Positions 62,874 to 64,000 of a stretch of DNA of 64,000 bases are shown one piece after another. Location: assembly GCA_045595785.1 (NCBI GenBank), contig JAZOBE010000009.1:5017-69016 (forward strand). Direction: 5' to 3'. The position numbers and the translations under genes were made by a program. How positions within the stretch are numbered: position 1 is the stretch's first letter; every line of letters starts with the position of its first letter. The notes under the pieces are model-generated. The model had not been told where the DNA came from. It did no database searches and was given only the letters and a program-made list of their open reading frames with translations. Origin of the DNA: Eubacteriales bacterium (lineage in GTDB: Bacteria; Bacillota; Clostridia; Oscillospirales; CAG-382).

Positions 62874-62905
62874 ATAATATATATATTTATAATATAGGGG
62901 TTTCT

Positions 62906-64000
62906 ATGGATTTTACAAGACCGGACGTCCAGGAAAAGCTTCTTAACTCGGTTTACGAGGATATGAGAACTAAGCTGTCCGAAGCGTCTTTTAACTGGCT
63001 TTTTAAGAATACCGTAATTTCATATATTTCCGACACGCAGGTTGACCTGCTTACCCACGACATGGTGGCGGAGGATACCATTAACCGCAGATATCTGGGT
63101 GATCTGGAGGAGGCGTTTTCCAAATACATGCTTACTCCCGTTAAGGTTTCAGTCCACAGCAAGATGAGCCGGCCCGAGAAAAAGGTGGAAAAGGAAGAGG
63201 ATGACGACAGTAAGTACACCGCGTACAAGCTTAGGTACAACCCTAACTTTACCTTTGAGAATTTCGTTATCGGTTCCTCAAACCAGGTGGCGGCAAAGGC
63301 TTCCTACGCCATTGCGGAGCATCCTGCGGAGTTATATAATCCGCTGTTTATATACGGCCCTCCCGGACTGGGTAAAACACATTTGCTGTTTGCAATAGTA
63401 AACCACATCCGCAAGAATAATCCACATACTGACATACTGTATAAGACGGGTGAGGAATTCACACAGGAAATGGTGGATTCTCTGGTGCAGAAATCCAACG
63501 TGGCGTTCAGAGAAAAGTACCGTAATCTGGACGTTTTGCTTATCGACGATATTCAGTTTATCGAGGGTAAGGATAAAACGCAGGAAGAGTTTTTCCACAC
63601 GATAGACACACTTTTTCAACAGCAAAAGCAGGTAATAATCACATCTGACCGTCCGCCTAAGGAAATTAACCTTGAGGACAGGCTGAGAAGCCGCTGTGAA
63701 ATGGGTCTGATTGCGGACATAAAACCGCCGGATACCGAGCTGAGAACAGCCATATTCAAGAAAAAGAGCGTGGATATGGGTGTGGATATTCCGGACAACG
63801 TGCTGGGATTTTTGGCAGAAAATATTAAAACCAACATCCGTCAGATAGAAGGAGCAATTAAAAAATTAAAGGCTCATTCGTTTATTGAGGATAGAAAAAT
63901 AACCCTCGATATGGCGGTATCGGTGCTGAGCGAATATCTTAAAACCGCAGAAACGCAGGATAATAAAATACAAAATATATTTGATTATATCTGCAAAAAA
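62906..64000 (+). CDS. dnaA: chromosomal replication initiator protein DnaA (3' end beyond the window)
   Basis: Not in the ORF track because there is no stop in the window. The frame is open from the ATG at 62906. Walker A GPPGLGKTHL, Walker B LLIDDIQF, and ITSDRPPKE..RLRSR.E.GL. Confidence 0.95.
   Translation, partial: MDFTRPDVQEKLLNSVYEDMRTKLSEASFNWLFKNTVISYISDTQVDLLTHDMVAEDTINRRYLGDLEEAFSKYMLTPVKVSVHSKMSRPEKKVEKEEDDDSKYTAYKLRYNPNFTFENFVIGSSNQVAAKASYAIAEHPAELYNPLFIYGPPGLGKTHLLFAIVNHIRKNNPHTDILYKTGEEFTQEMVDSLVQKSNVAFREKYRNLDVLLIDDIQFIEGKDKTQEEFFHTIDTLFQQQKQVIITSDRPPKEINLEDRLRSRCEMGLIADIKPPDTELRTAIFKKKSVDMGVDIPDNVLGFLAENIKTNIRQIEGAIKKLKAHSFIEDRKITLDMAVSVLSEYLKTAETQDNKIQNIFDYICKK

Noticed and set aside
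62625-62905. Calling this spacer oriC as a feature.
   Set aside because: No DnaA-box cluster or clear DNA-unwinding-element (DUE) plus box arrangement could be supported by eye. Only the gene context suggests origin proximity, so no oriC feature is reported.

Overview
This is a 64-kb chromosomal segment of a Firmicutes/Clostridia-type genome. Gene order resembles Bacillus/Clostridium. Sporulation genes plus dockerin and cohesin-like modules suggest a Ruminococcus/Oscillospiraceae-like organism, but that is inference only. The window ends in the classical origin cluster: jag(khpB)-yidC-yidD-rnpA-rpmH on the minus strand and dnaA on the plus strand, with dnaA cut by the window end. I call about 60 protein genes, mostly housekeeping. 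They include an M13 peptidase, spoIIE, miaB-ymcA-mutS-mutL-tgt, radC, galM, gpmI, scpA-scpB-ytfI-ytfJ, rluB, yhbY, a fused nadD-yqeK, rsfS, leuS, malQ, trmK, yceD-rpmF, DUF512-der-plsY, rarA, nusB and xseA-xseB-ispA. There are two tRNA-Ser genes, and rpmH (44 aa) is absent from the ORF track. Accessory genes include a 953-aa surface protein with discoidin and cohesin-like modules, a dockerin-bearing GDSL esterase, two orphan solute-binding lipoproteins and a patatin-like lipase. I found no CRISPR array, transposase, integrase, prophage or recognisable defence or toxin-antitoxin module. The outstanding feature is non-coding. At least 18 intergenic sites, roughly 3.5 kb by my hand mapping, are filled with mosaic elements bounded by terminal inverted repeats (TIRs). 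These elements are assembled from a small vocabulary of hairpin modules, an architecture like BOX, Correia or MITE elements. The hairpin stems show compensatory substitutions between copies. One pair of 97 percent identical inverted copies brackets the nadD-yqeK/rsfS genes. One copy is tandemly duplicated with a nested insertion and supplies the last codons and stop of yidD. A separate 132-146 bp repeat carries a perfect TTGACA-17-TATAAT promoter to two unrelated genes. I cannot tell from sequence alone whether this repeat family is already catalogued. Secondary observations are a synteny break and head-on gene orientation next to the origin cluster, tRNA-Ser 3'-end fragments, a likely ATT start codon, and an enlarged YidC.
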